This document shows, in pieces, positions 43,007-53,642 of a stretch of 64,000 nt of DNA. The stretch comes from an uncultured Chloroflexia bacterium (GTDB taxonomy: Bacteria; Chloroflexota; Anaerolineae; Anaerolineales; E44-bin32). How positions within the stretch are numbered: the first letter of the stretch is position 1; each line of letters starts with the position of its first letter. Under the pieces are notes generated by a model. The model made no database searches. It saw only the letters and a program-made list of their open reading frames with translations, and was not told where the DNA came from. The translations under genes were made by a program, and so were the position numbers. Location: assembly GCA_963797485.1 (NCBI GenBank), contig CAWCPF010000001.1, forward strand, positions 219,567 through 283,566, written 5' to 3'.

Positions 43007-44153
43007 ATGCAACCCCGCGAATTCAGCACTCGACGTTGGTTCGTCACGGCTTTCCTGGTCATCCTGGCCATTGCCGCGTATGTCGTTGGCTACCGGGTCA
43101 CCGAGATCAACCCTACCAAGCTGCTGACCTCGCTCCCGAAGAGCCAGAAGATCCTGACGGCCTTGATCCACCCGGACCTGTTCACGCGCGAGACCGTCGA
43201 CACCACCATCGATGTCGTCTTCCCGGTCCCGTGTGGATCGATCGAGCCCGCGCAAGCCTCTCAATTCCGGTCCTCGGATCGTGGCCAGCCCCGCTTGCGC
43301 CAATCCAGGTGACGTGGTCACCATCCAGGGTATGGACATGGCGGCCGACAACCAGGTCAAGCTTCAGTGGCTGCTGCCCACCGGGAACACCTTGTTCTCG
43401 AAATTGGCAACCACCGATGCCAGCGGGAGTTTCACGGCGCAGGTCGAAGTCCGCCCGATCACGGCGATCACCGATGGAACCCCCAGTCATCTGCAGGCCT
43501 TGACGGCTGTCCCGTTCGGGAAACTGATCCCAAGCCAGGCGATGACCGATGTCTTCAACAACATCATGGTGACGATCTTCATGGCGTTGTTGGCCACGAC
43601 CGCCGGGACCATCGTCGCCGCGCCGATCAGCTTCCTGGCGGCGCGCAACATCATGGCGCGCAACTGGCTGGGGACGACGGTCTATGGCGTGGTCCGTGCC
43701 ATCCTGAACATCACTCGCTCTTATGACTCGCTGGTGCTGGCAACCGTGTTCGCGTTGTGGGTTGGCTTTGGTGCCTTTGCTGGCGTGATGGCCTTGACCG
43801 TGATCACGGTGGCGTCACTGGGCAAGCTCTTCTCCGAAGCGGTTGAGAGCATTGACCCGGGCCCCATCGAGGCCGTGGCGGCTACGGGAGCGACCGCGGT
43901 GGAAGTGGTGCGCTATGCGGTCGTGCCTCAGGTCATCCCGGATTTCATCAGCTACATTATCTACCATTGGGACATCAACGTCCGCATCAGCACCATTCTG
44001 GGATTTGTGGGAGGCGGCGGTATCGGCTTCTATCTCAGCCAGCGCATCAACGTGCTCGAGTACCGCAAGGCCGCCACGGCCATCTGGGCCATCGTCGTCG
44101 TCGTTTGGGCCATGGATTTCCTGAGCGCCGAGATCCGCAAGCGCTACACCTAA
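43007..44153 (+). CDS. phnE: Second PhnE-type permease with an inserted domain (frameshift near 43260)
   Basis: KLFSEAVESIDPGPIEA, HWDINVRISTILGFVGGGGIG; ATG at 43007 just after the previous stop. Confidence 0.85.
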
Positions 44154-44194
44154 CCCACGCATCCGCCGGCCGGTTCGCCCCCTTCACATCCCGG

Positions 44195-44203
44195 TGATAT
44201 AAT
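44195..44203 (+). promoter_or_regulatory. Extended -10 promoter of the HNH gene
   Basis: TGATATAAT about 20 nt before the ATG. Confidence 0.6.
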
Positions 44204-44224
44204 CCCGCCCAAGTTTTTAGGCCT

Positions 44225-44737
44225 ATGTTCACCATCGAAACAGCAGTGCTCGTTCTGAACGCCAATTTCGAGCCGCTTAATGTGTGCTCGACTCGCCGTG
44301 CATTGGGCCTGTTGATCTCGGGCAAAGCGGAAATGCTGCTCAACGGCCGGGGCACAATCCAAACCGTCCGCCGTGCCTACCCACGGCCATCGATCATCCG
44401 GCTTGAGTACATGATTAAGCGGCCCCGTCCGCGGGTCAGGCTAAGCAAACGTGAGATCTTCCGCCGAGACCACTACACCTGTCAGTACTGCGGAGCCCAG
44501 GGGAGCCACCTGACGCTGGATCACGTTGTTCCCCGGCACCTAGGTGGCGAGCATACCTGGGACAACCTGGTCACCGCGTGTGCCCAATGCAACTTGAAAA
44601 AAGGGGGACGAACGCTTCAGAAAGCGCATATGCAGCTGCGCCTGACGCCGGCCGAGCCTCACCCCACGGCCAACTACATGTTCGGCGCTCACCTGGCCGA
44701 CAATCAATCTTGGGCGCCCTACCTGGAGGGCTGGTAG
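44225..44737 (+). CDS. HNH endonuclease (McrA/HNH_5-like)
   Basis: VLVLNANFEPL, RDHYTCQYCG, TLDHVVPR, WDNLVTACAQCNLKKG. Confidence 0.92.
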   Translation: MFTIETAVLVLNANFEPLNVCSTRRALGLLISGKAEMLLNGRGTIQTVRRAYPRPSIIRLEYMIKRPRPRVRLSKREIFRRDHYTCQYCGAQGSHLTLDHVVPRHLGGEHTWDNLVTACAQCNLKKGGRTLQKAHMQLRLTPAEPHPTANYMFGAHLADNQSWAPYLEGW

Positions 44738-45856
44738 CCCTCGCTCCGCGCCAGCTTCAGGACATCCAACCACGCCATCAACGCACCCCCGACGACCCCC
44801 TGACCTCCGGTCACAATCGGAATGGGTGAGTCCAGAATCGCCTCCGTGAGCGCCCTGAGCTGAGCGTCCTGGATTTCCCCAACTCTGCCCAGATCGCTCG
44901 CCAGCCGATCAGCGTCGCTCGGCCATGCGCGGCGGTGCGCCATCCAAACCCGGGTGTCCCACAGCACGCCTTGAACCGTTTCGGCCAATAAGTCCAGTGT
45001 GTGCCTGGGCCCCCATGTGTTCACGGCCTCGCCTATAAGGGAGCGCACTGCCCCGGCGGCCAACCTTCCGCTGGCGACCATGCCGCGCTCCTCGACAAAC
45101 GCCCGGACCCAAATCGAGCGCTCCGCTTCAAGCCGCCCCCAGACGGTTGATGAAGCTCGGCCAATGATGGCCAGGCTGTCGCCTGCGGCGCTCAAGGCGC
45201 CCTCAAGCGCCGCCACCCGCCGGCGCAGATTTTCATCCAGCGTGGAGGCCGCCGCCCGGAGCTCGTCGCCTGCGCCTGGATGGCGGGCAACAAAGGCGAC
45301 GTCCGCGGGTGTATCGAGGTCGGCCCGGTACAACGTTTCGGCCGGCATACTCTCGATCTGGTAACCTCCTTCGTGAGACAGCACCCAGCCGGCCATGTTG
45401 TCCTTGGGGAGCCTGTCGGCCACGGCCTGGAGCCCGGAGGTATCATTCAGGACCATCCAATCGGTGGAGTGCAGGTTGTTGACCAAGCCAGACCTCTGCG
45501 GAAGCTCGCGGGCCTGATCGAAGAGGCTGGATAGGACGGAGGCCGACAACAAGGGCGCGCTGGCGGCGCCGAAATAGGCCAGGCGCTTCCAGCCCTTGGA
45601 CGCCACAAGCCCGGCCAGCCTTGATCCGAAGTGGAATTCCCCGGCGCACTCCCGGGCCGCTGGCGGCCCCGAACTGTTCGAATGCCGGCATGTCCTCGGA
45701 TGGTGCCACAACCAGCAGGTCCAAACCGGGGATGTCCCCCAGGCGGCGGCACAAGTCCAAAGCGGCCGATTTTTGTGCGGCCGCCATCCACCTTTCAGCG
45801 GAGCTGGCTCCGGAAGGAGCCAGCATTACCAGCACGGGAAACCTCTTCACCGCCAC
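44719..45856 (-). CDS. Uncharacterised protein with a CofC/nucleotidyltransferase-like N-terminal region (frameshift near 45660)
   Basis: YFGAASAPLL, VNNLHSTDW and ADLDTPAD (resembles the CofC-like DxDTPxD motif); two frames join. Confidence 0.6.
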
Positions 45857-45901
45857 ATCCTTCCCGGCGCTCGCGGTTATCTGAGCGCCGGGGGTTGACC
45901 C

Positions 45902-46471
45902 TTAGATGACATCCGTCTCGATCAAACCGAAAGTTCCGTCCCGCCTTCGGTAAAGCACATTCACGCGCCCACTCTCGCCGTCCAGGTAGACAAAGAAACC
46001 CTCGTGCCCCAGAAGATCCATTTGCTCGATGGCCTCGTCTTCATCCATCGGCGCCAAGGCAAAGCGCTTACGACGGACGATGCGCCCTTCGATTTGGGCT
46101 TCGCCGGGTTCGGCTTCGGATTCGGACGGGACGACCACCGCCTCAGCCGCGCTGCGCCCATCCCCCCGAGGATCCCAATGGCGACCCTTGTAGCGGTCAA
46201 TTTGGCGAATGATCTTGTCCATGGCCGCGTCGACCGATACTTGCATATCCTTACTGCGCTCTTCGGCTCGAAGCTGAATGCCCTTGCCCCGGATCGTCAA
46301 TTGCGCCACCTGGCGATCAGCCACGCGGCGCGCCGTCTTGGCGTAGCTCAAGTCCACGATGGCTTCGTCGAGCACGTCGAGATACTTGGGCAGCTTTGTG
46401 ACCTTCTCGGTCACGTAGTCCTTGAACTTATCTGTGGGCTCGAAGTGATGGGCATTGATTTGGATTCTCAT
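45902..46471 (-). CDS. hpf: Long-type ribosome hibernation promoting factor
   Basis: LRAEE...SVDAAMDKIIRQIDRYK; C-terminal PMDEDEAIEQMDLLGH.FFVY...NVLYRRRDG. Confidence 0.93.
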   Translation of the reverse strand: MRIQINAHHFEPTDKFKDYVTEKVTKLPKYLDVLDEAIVDLSYAKTARRVADRQVAQLTIRGKGIQLRAEERSKDMQVSVDAAMDKIIRQIDRYKGRHWDPRGDGRSAAEAVVVPSESEAEPGEAQIEGRIVRRKRFALAPMDEDEAIEQMDLLGHEGFFVYLDGESGRVNVLYRRRDGTFGLIETDVI

Positions 46472-46490
46472 ACTCCCGATGGCCTCCATG

Positions 46491-47267
46491 TCAGAACGAT
46501 GCGGTTGTCATCCGGCCAGCGCGCCCGGGCGTCAAGCCATATACGATCCGCGCCCTGGCCGCCAGCAACGCCTCAGCGCACGCCTCCAGCGTCGCACCGG
46601 TGGTAAAGAGATCATCCACGACCAGAATCGATCGCCCCGCCGTCAGGGTCAACTCGGCGGCAAACGCCCCGGCCACATTCAGCCTTCGCCCGGCGGCATT
46701 CAGACCCACCTGGGAACCTGTCTCCCGCGTGCGCCGCAACACCTGGTCATCAAACGGCACGCCGAGTCTGGCACCGAGCGCCCTCCCTAACAGGCTGGCC
46801 TGATTGTACCCTCGCTGCCTGAGCCGCGAGGCACTGAGAGGAACGGCCGAGACAAGGTCGGCATGCCAATCCTCCCGCTGGTACAGCTCTGTGAGCCACC
46901 CGGCCATGACGTTCGCCAGGCGTGTGTCCCGGCGATATTTGAGCCGCAGGATAGCAGAGTCGAGCGGGGGTTGATACCAGGCATAGGCGCGGGCGGATAG
47001 GTGGAGTGCGTGTTCCGAGCAGCGCGGGCAGTCCTTCACAGCTCCCTTCAACGGAGCCCCGCAAGACCTGCACACCGGCAGAGGCAGACGCACCAGCCGA
47101 GCCTGGCATGCGCTGCACCAAACGGCTCCCGTGACGCCGCAGCCGGCACATTGAGGGGGGAAGAGTACATCGAGGGCGGCCTCGAGCAAGCGCCGAGGCT
47201 GGAGCGCATCCAAACGGACCGAAATCAGACCCACCCAAGACCCTCCCCTCAGGGTCTCCCGCTGCAA
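46491..47267 (-). CDS. comF: ComF/ComFC family protein (double zinc ribbon plus PRTase domain)
   Basis: FPPQCAGC...C..C, VPLSASRLRQRGYNQA, VVDDLFTTGAT. Start uncertain. Confidence 0.9.
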   Translation of the reverse strand: MQRETLRGGSWVGLISVRLDALQPRRLLEAALDVLFPPQCAGCGVTGAVWCSACQARLVRLPLPVCRSCGAPLKGAVKDCPRCSEHALHLSARAYAWYQPPLDSAILRLKYRRDTRLANVMAGWLTELYQREDWHADLVSAVPLSASRLRQRGYNQASLLGRALGARLGVPFDDQVLRRTRETGSQVGLNAAGRRLNVAGAFAAELTLTAGRSILVVDDLFTTGATLEACAEALLAARARIVYGLTPGRAGRMTTASF

Positions 47268-47304
47268 GACGGCAGGGCGAGCCGCAAGGCGGACAGAGGT
47301 CGGA

Positions 47305-48258
47305 CTAACCGCCTGCGCCCAGAATACCGCCCAGCGGAGATGTGAGCAGGAGCATGGCCGCCGGGCCGAGCAGGATGATCAGGAGCGAAGGGAAGATGAG
47401 CAAGCCGATCGGGAAGATCATCTTAATCGGGGCCCGGTGGGCCTCTTCCTCGGCCATTTGCCGGCGGCGGACGCGCATCTGGTCCGACTGGATGCGCAGC
47501 ACCTTTGCCATGCTGACGCCCAACTGCTCGGATTGGATCACGGCGGCCACGAAGGAGGTCATCTCGGCAAGGCCCAACCGCTCAGACATGTCTCGCAAGG
47601 CTTCTCGGCGCAGCTTGCCAAGCCGGATCTCCTGGATCACACGTCCGAACTCCAGGGCCAGATCGTTCTCCCACTTCTCATGGACCTTGGCCATGGCGGC
47701 ATCGAAACCCAGGCCGGCTTCCACGGCGATTGTCAGCAGGTCCAGGGCGTCGGGCATCGCCCGAAAAATGCCTTTCTGACGGCCGCGGATCTTGCTCGAG
47801 AGCCACAGATCCGGGAAGAAGAAGCCCACCAGAAGGAAGAGCAGCGAGAACAGCAAGCCCTGGAGCCAGTTGCGCCCGGTAAACAAGAACACCAAGAAGA
47901 TCACGCCGCCGAGGACGGCTGCGGCCACAAAGCGCATGGCCAAGAAGAACGCCGGATCCAACTGCATCGGGTTGCCGCCCATTTCCAGCCGTCGCCGGGT
48001 ATTCTCCAGCGTGGCCTGCGGCGTAAACCTCTGGGCCATCTGGCCAACTCGGTTGAAGAAGGGCAGGATGACGCGCTCGTAGAACCGCTGGGAGAGTTCG
48101 ATCTCCTCCAGCGAAACCGGCTCGTCGCGCACGCTGAACTCGGCCAGACGTTCGGCGATCGGATCCTGAGCCGCCGGGGCGCGGATGCCCGCAATCACGA
48201 GCACAACGGCCAGCACGATGACCACTGCCAGCAAACCCACAATCAATGTAAATGGCAT
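47305..48258 (-). CDS. tadC: Tad pilus platform protein TadC
   Basis: PDALDLLTIAVEAGLGFD, QSEQLG, EEEAHRAPIKMIFP. Confidence 0.92.
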   Translation of the reverse strand: MPFTLIVGLLAVVIVLAVVLVIAGIRAPAAQDPIAERLAEFSVRDEPVSLEEIELSQRFYERVILPFFNRVGQMAQRFTPQATLENTRRRLEMGGNPMQLDPAFFLAMRFVAAAVLGGVIFLVFLFTGRNWLQGLLFSLLFLLVGFFFPDLWLSSKIRGRQKGIFRAMPDALDLLTIAVEAGLGFDAAMAKVHEKWENDLALEFGRVIQEIRLGKLRREALRDMSERLGLAEMTSFVAAVIQSEQLGVSMAKVLRIQSDQMRVRRRQMAEEEAHRAPIKMIFPIGLLIFPSLLIILLGPAAMLLLTSPLGGILGAGG

Positions 48259-48289
48259 GGGCGCCCCATCCCTTTTGTGAAATTCCTCA

Positions 48290-49276
48290 CTATATGTCGA
48301 TGTTCACGATCTTCTGCGTGATCATGAAACCGGCGACGATCATGATGCCGGCAAGAATGAGCAACGGAATGCCGCAGGCGCGCGTCTCGGGATTGAAGAA
48401 CTGCATCAGGTACGGCCGATTGACCAGAAACAGCAGGGCCATCAGGGTGATCGGCAGGGCCGAGATGACCCAGGCGGTCGCCCGCCCTTGGGCGGTCAAG
48501 GCCGAGATCTCGCCGCGGATTCGGACCCGCTCCCGAATCGTATATGTAATCGTGTCCAGGATTTCGGCCAGATTGCCGCCGACCTCGCGTTGGACGTTGA
48601 TAGCCGTCACAACCATGTCGAGGTCATCGCTGGTGATGCGCCTCAGGATATGATCGAGCGCCTCTTCCATGGGGATGCCGAGCTGGATTTCCTGAACCAC
48701 TCGGTGGAACTCGACCGAGATGGGAGCCGGCAGCTCGCGGCTGACAGCCTCCATGGCTTGCAGGGTCGAAAAGCCGGCTCGGAGACCGTTCACCACCAGG
48801 TTGAGCATATCACCCAGCTGGTCGTCGAATTTCTTGAGCCGGCCGCCGATGGCCATTTTGACGTAGATGCCGGGGATGAAAAGGCCCCCAATCCCCATCG
48901 GAATGGCAATCAGCAGCGAGCCGGAGATCACCAAACCAATCACAGCGCAGCCGATGGCGCTGATGACCATCACGGCGAGGTATTCCGCCGGGCGGAATTT
49001 CAGGTCAGCACGTGCCAGGTTGCGAGAGATGTTGGCGAAAATCTCGGTACCTTCGCCGAGGCGGTTGAGCAGGTCGGCTATCGGGCTGGTGCGGTCTTTG
49101 GCTCTGGCATCAGCTGCGTCGGCGGCCAGTGACGTGACAACACCTCCGGTCTCGGCGTACCGCCCCAGGCGCTCTTCGACCACCGATTGGCTGCCGAGCA
49201 GGGACATCAGCGCGCCTGCCACCAATAGCAGGAGCCCGAGCCCCCCACCCACGTAAAGCACCAGAGCAGGATCCAT
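48290..49276 (-). CDS. tadB: Tad pilus platform protein TadB
   Basis: FDDQLGDMLNL...LRAGFS, QREVGGNLAEIL, TAQGR. Confidence 0.92.
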   Translation of the reverse strand: MDPALVLYVGGGLGLLLLVAGALMSLLGSQSVVEERLGRYAETGGVVTSLAADAADARAKDRTSPIADLLNRLGEGTEIFANISRNLARADLKFRPAEYLAVMVISAIGCAVIGLVISGSLLIAIPMGIGGLFIPGIYVKMAIGGRLKKFDDQLGDMLNLVVNGLRAGFSTLQAMEAVSRELPAPISVEFHRVVQEIQLGIPMEEALDHILRRITSDDLDMVVTAINVQREVGGNLAEILDTITYTIRERVRIRGEISALTAQGRATAWVISALPITLMALLFLVNRPYLMQFFNPETRACGIPLLILAGIMIVAGFMITQKIVNIDI

Positions 49277-49294
49277 CGTCAGACCGCCATCCTT

Positions 49295-50705
49295 CTAATA
49301 GCGCCTCTCGCCCACGCCGAAGATCGACGGCGGCAGGTGAATTCCGGAGGCTTCTATCTTGTCCATAAACTTCGGCCGCAAGCCTGTCGGTCGCAGCCGA
49401 CCGATCACGCGCCCATCCTCAATACCGGTCTGCTCGAAAACAAACAGATCGGTCATGGTGATCACATCGCCTTCCATGCCCTGCACTTCGGTGACGTGGG
49501 TCACTTTGCGGGCGCCATCCCTCATGCGCTCCAGGTGCACCACCAGCTGCAGGGCCGAGGCAATCTGTTCGCGGATGGCCCGCTGTGGGAGATCCATGCC
49601 GGCCATCAGGGTCATAGTTTCAATACGCGACAAAGTATCGCGCGGACTGTTGGAGTGGGCCGTGGTCATCGATCCGTCGTGGCCGGTGTTCATGGCCTGG
49701 AGCATGTCGAGCGCCGCCGCGTCGCGGATCTCGCCGACGATGATCCGGTCGGGCCTCATCCGCAACGAGTTCACCACCAGGTTTTGAATGGTGACCTCAC
49801 CCCGCCCTTCAATGTTGGGCGGACGCTTTTCAAGGGACACCACATGCTCCTGGCGGAGCTGCAGCTCAGCGGCGTCTTCGATGGTCACAATGCGTTCATC
49901 GGTTGGGATGAACTGCGACATCACATTCAGGAAGGTCGTCTTTCCCGAACCCGTGCCGCCAGAAATCACCATGTTGATGCGGGAGATGACAGCCGCTTTC
50001 AGGAACTCAATCGCCTCGGGCGTCACCGTCCCGTACTCAATCAACTGCTCGATGGTGATAGGGATCTTGGCGAACTTACGGATGGTCAGGACTGGGCCGA
50101 CCAGCGAAATCGGCGGAATAATGGCGTTCACGCGCGAACCGTCAGGCAGGCGGGCATCAACGTAGGGGCTGGATTCATCGATGCGCCGGCCGAGAGGCGC
50201 CACGATGCGGTCGATGATGCGCATCAGATGGTCGTCGCTTTCGAAACCGGCCGGTTCTCGATGCAGCTTGCCGGCGCGCTCGATGTAGATGTTCTTGGCG
50301 CCGTTGACCATCACCTCGGTGATGGTCTCGTCCGCCAACAGTGGCTCGAGCGGGCCCAGCCCCAGGATCTCGGCCACGATCTGCTCGAACAGCCGCCGGC
50401 GCTCCGGGCGCGACAGGACGATCTTCTCTTCGGCCAGAATGTTCTCGAACAGCTCCTCGATCGTGCGGCGGACCTCAGCCGTCTGGCTGACATCCATCGT
50501 GGGGTCGAGTTCCGCCAGGAGTTTGTTCTGGACGCGAGTTCTTGAGATCGTGATAGGTGTCGCGTTGAGCCGTTCCGGGTGCAGATGTCCGGCGGGCACT
50601 GATCCCGCTTAGCCGACCGGTGCCGTCGCGACGGGCCGGCGCGCTGGGCGTCTGGGCTGCCCCCTCGGCCGCCTGGCCCTGCTCAATTCGCTTTAGGAGT
50701 GACAA
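49295..50705 (-). CDS. cpaF: Tad pilus assembly ATPase CpaF/TadA (frameshift near 50540)
   Basis: GLGPLEPLL, ISGGTGSGKTT, IEDAAEL, LRMRPDRIIVGE, AMNTGHDG; N-terminus MSLLKRIE after GGAGG. Confidence 0.92.
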
Positions 50706-50745
50706 AACCAACCTCCCCTCGGCCGACTATCGGCCAGGTCCTGCT

Positions 50746-52008
50746 CTAACGGCTGAAGAGACGCGGCCGTTCTGTTTCTTTTCTCTTCCGCTTCCTCGGG
50801 CGTGCCTTCAACCAGCCGCTGTCTGATTTTACCAAGAAGCTCAAGGATGTTCTTTGCAGGTACCTTTCCCTTATCACCTAACAATAATGGCACGCCCCGG
50901 TTGATCGAGGCGTTGACGGAGACTTCATCCGCCGGGATCTCCCCATCGACCGGCCGTTTCAGGTTCTCAGCCACAGCCTCGGCGCTGATGCCGCCCTTGC
51001 GTTCCATTTTGTTGAGCACGAAGAAGACCTGCTCACGTGGATATTCGAGCACACTCAACAGGTCGAACAGCAGGCGGACGTCCTTGATGGACGGGATATC
51101 CGGCGTGGCCACCGCCACCAGCATATCGGCCGCGTCGAGGATGGCCAGCGTGATGTCATCCATGACTGAACTGGTGTCCACCACCACGTAGACGAAGTTT
51201 GACTTGAGGTAATGCAGCACCTGGCGGACCTGTTCGGCGCGAATCTCATCCGCCATTTCCGGTCTGGGCGGCGCCGCCAAGACTTTGAGGCCGCACTCGT
51301 GTGTGAGGAGCACGTCGCCAACGTAGTCCGCGTCGAGCTCTTCGGCCCGCGAGGCAAGATCAGCAATGCTGTTCTTGACCTGCAGGTTCATGAACACGGA
51401 CACATCGCCAAACTGCAGGTTGCCGTCGACCAGCACGCAGGGGGTTTCCTCGGTGTTCAAACCAATCGCCAGATTGGTCGCCAGGGTGGTACAGCCGACG
51501 CCGCCCTTAGCACTGTAGACAGCCAGCAGCTTGCTGTCCCGGATTGGCCCCTTGGAGTTCCCACCCCCCCCTTGCGCCGGCATGAGCTGGGCCGGTTTGG
51601 CGAGCTGTTTGCGCTGCACTTTGGCACGTTCCGCCACCACGCGAATGGTCTTGATCAGTTCGTCGCCCGAAGGCGGTTTGGCGATGAAGTCGCGCGCGCC
51701 GGCCAACATGGCTCGGCGCATGTAGTCGGCTTCGCTTTGGACCGACAGCATCACCACCTGGGCGAAGGGGACATCCTTGAGCAGGGCTTCGGTGACGGCG
51801 ATGCCATCCATGTCCGGCATGTTGATGTCCATCAAGACGACGTCCGGCTGGGTATCGGACCCCAGCTGCAGGGCCTCTTCCCCAGACCGGGCGGAGCCGA
51901 CGACATCGATGTCGGATTCGAACTGAAGCAGCTTGCGGAGATTTCGCGAGTTTCGGCGATATCGTCGACGATCAGGACGCGGATGTTCTCTTCCGCGGCT
52001 TCAGGCAT
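50746..52008 (-). CDS. cpaE: CpaE/TadZ receiver-MinD-like pilus localisation protein (frameshifts near 51942 and probably 50780)
   Basis: MPEAAEENIRVLIVDD...MDINMP receiver, SAKGGVGCTT, DGNLQFGD. Confidence 0.88.
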
Positions 52009-52052
52009 GGGGAGCTCCGTGCGCTACCTGGCGGCGAGACCCCCGAGCGGTC

Positions 52053-53175
52053 ATGGCACCGGCGTCGCGCTGCTCGCGCCAGGCATGGTCGACTGGAACT
52101 CGCGCTCAGGCGCTTTAAGGACCGGTTCCATGCCGAACGGCAGCCTCGACGGGACAGCGATGTTGTAGTTGTCTATCAGATACTGCAGCGTCACGCTTGA
52201 GGTTGTCTCGTCGGTCGTGTCCCCCGGACCGCGCAGGGTCAAGGTGAGATTAGCGCCCGCGTTCAGCATGTACTCGAGCGCCAACGCGTCCTGAGGCGTC
52301 ACGATCAGCGAAACCAAATCCGGCGGCTTGGCGACGGTGGCGACCTGCTGCTGGGCCGGCGCGCCGGCGCCCTGAGCCGGCACGGGTGTCGGCTGGGTGC
52401 TTTCCTGCTCGACCTCACCGACCTGGAGCACGGTGGCATTGGCAATCAGCCGTTGGGAGACAAGGCGAGGTCGCTGCAGTTGGCCGGCGCCTGGCACGAC
52501 ATAGAGCGGAATCCCGGACACTTCCTCCGTGTCCAACCGGCCAAACGGCAGTGGCTTTTCAGAGGTACATTTGTTGTTTTCAGCCAATGTGTCGCATGCA
52601 ATTCCGGACGCGGGTACGAGGTTTTGGTCGACCAAGATCTCAGTCTGGTCCGGCAGGCTGGTCTGAAAATCGGAGTCGACGTCGACTAAGAGAAGGCTCA
52701 CGATCACGTCCACGCTGTCGCCATCTTCCAGCGCGTAGCCCACGCTCGAAAATCGGTTCATAGGGATGGTCACGGCCGTAAAGCCGGCGGGGATCGCCAG
52801 CGACGCATCCGACCCCGTACCAAGCAGGTCTCCGGATTGCTCGGTGACCATATTCTGCGTGATCGGCACGCCGCGGGCAATGTCCATGCGGGCCCGACGG
52901 CCGGTCACCTGGTTCAGATCGGTAATCATGGTTTCCACGACGAAGTCAGCCGGAAAGGGTGACAAGATAACGCCGTCTTGCGGGATGACCGCGCCTCTGG
53001 AGATGTCCTGCGCGGCGATCACGATCTGGGCCTCACCGCCAAAGGCGGGACCCTCCGTGCTTTGCGCCTCCGGGCCGCCACCCCCGCTGCCAAGTCGACT
53101 GAGCACGAGGAAGCCAGCCACTGCGCCAAACAGCAGAATCAGCGCAAAGAGAATGAGAATGCGTCCGCGGCGCAT
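52053..53175 (-). CDS. cpaB: Flp pilus assembly protein CpaB/RcpC (SAF domain)
   Basis: N-terminal TM helix, VIAAQDISRGAVI SAF domain, GDSVDVI, VSLIVTPQDA. Confidence 0.85.
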
Positions 53176-53226
53176 ACAGCCTCCTTCGAGGTGGTTAAAA
53201 CCGCCGACCCGAACACGTGGCCGGGT

Positions 53227-53254
53227 ATGATACAGCTTCCCGGTCCAGTGTCAA
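53227..53254 (-). promoter_or_regulatory. Putative promoter of the cpaB-tad operon
   Basis: TTGACA-N16-TATCAT. Confidence 0.6.
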
Positions 53255-53299
53255 GCCATTCTTTAAGGTATCGTACCCGCACCTATCGACTCGATGCAA

Positions 53300-53324
53300 G
53301 GAGCCCTATCGCTGATAGGGCTCC
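53300..53324 (-). terminator. Perfect hairpin downstream of the flp pilin gene
   Basis: GGAGCCCTATC-gct-GATAGGGCTCC, 11-bp stem; weak U tract. Confidence 0.6.
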
Positions 53325-53377
53325 CAGGCGATCGGCCTGTTGCACTGGCATGCTTGCGCAGGCCATGTGAGCCGAAA

Positions 53378-53524
53378 CTAGATGTTGCTCACAATGTTGC
53401 TGAACACGTTGCCGATAGCAGGACCAAGCAAGGCCAAAATTACAATGACGACAACAGCCACCAAAACGAGAATCAGCGTGTATTCGACCAAGCCCTGGCC
53501 CTTTTCCTTAGGCATGTACAACAT
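53378..53524 (-). CDS. flp: Flp (type IVc) major pilin, 48 aa; missed by the ORF track
   Basis: Manual translation MLYMPKEKG|QGLVEYTLILVLVAVVVIVILALLGPAIGNVFSNIVSNI; SD AAAGGAGG; TATAAT at 53566-53561. Confidence 0.93.
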   Translation of the reverse strand: MLYMPKEKGQGLVEYTLILVLVAVVVIVILALLGPAIGNVFSNIVSNI

Positions 53525-53642
53525 AGCTTCAACCTCCTTTCTTCAGGATTTGATGGCTCAATTATAAGGAGACTGAGCCTGAAGCCACAATAGGACCTAT
53601 TTCCGATATGTGCCCAGCCGGCCCCAGGGGTTGATCGCCAGC

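Noticed and set aside
44225..44737. HNH gene as an IscB, homing or mobile element, or Cas9 fragment
   Set aside because: Only 170 aa, with no RuvC motifs, terminal repeats, intron context or CRISPR array.
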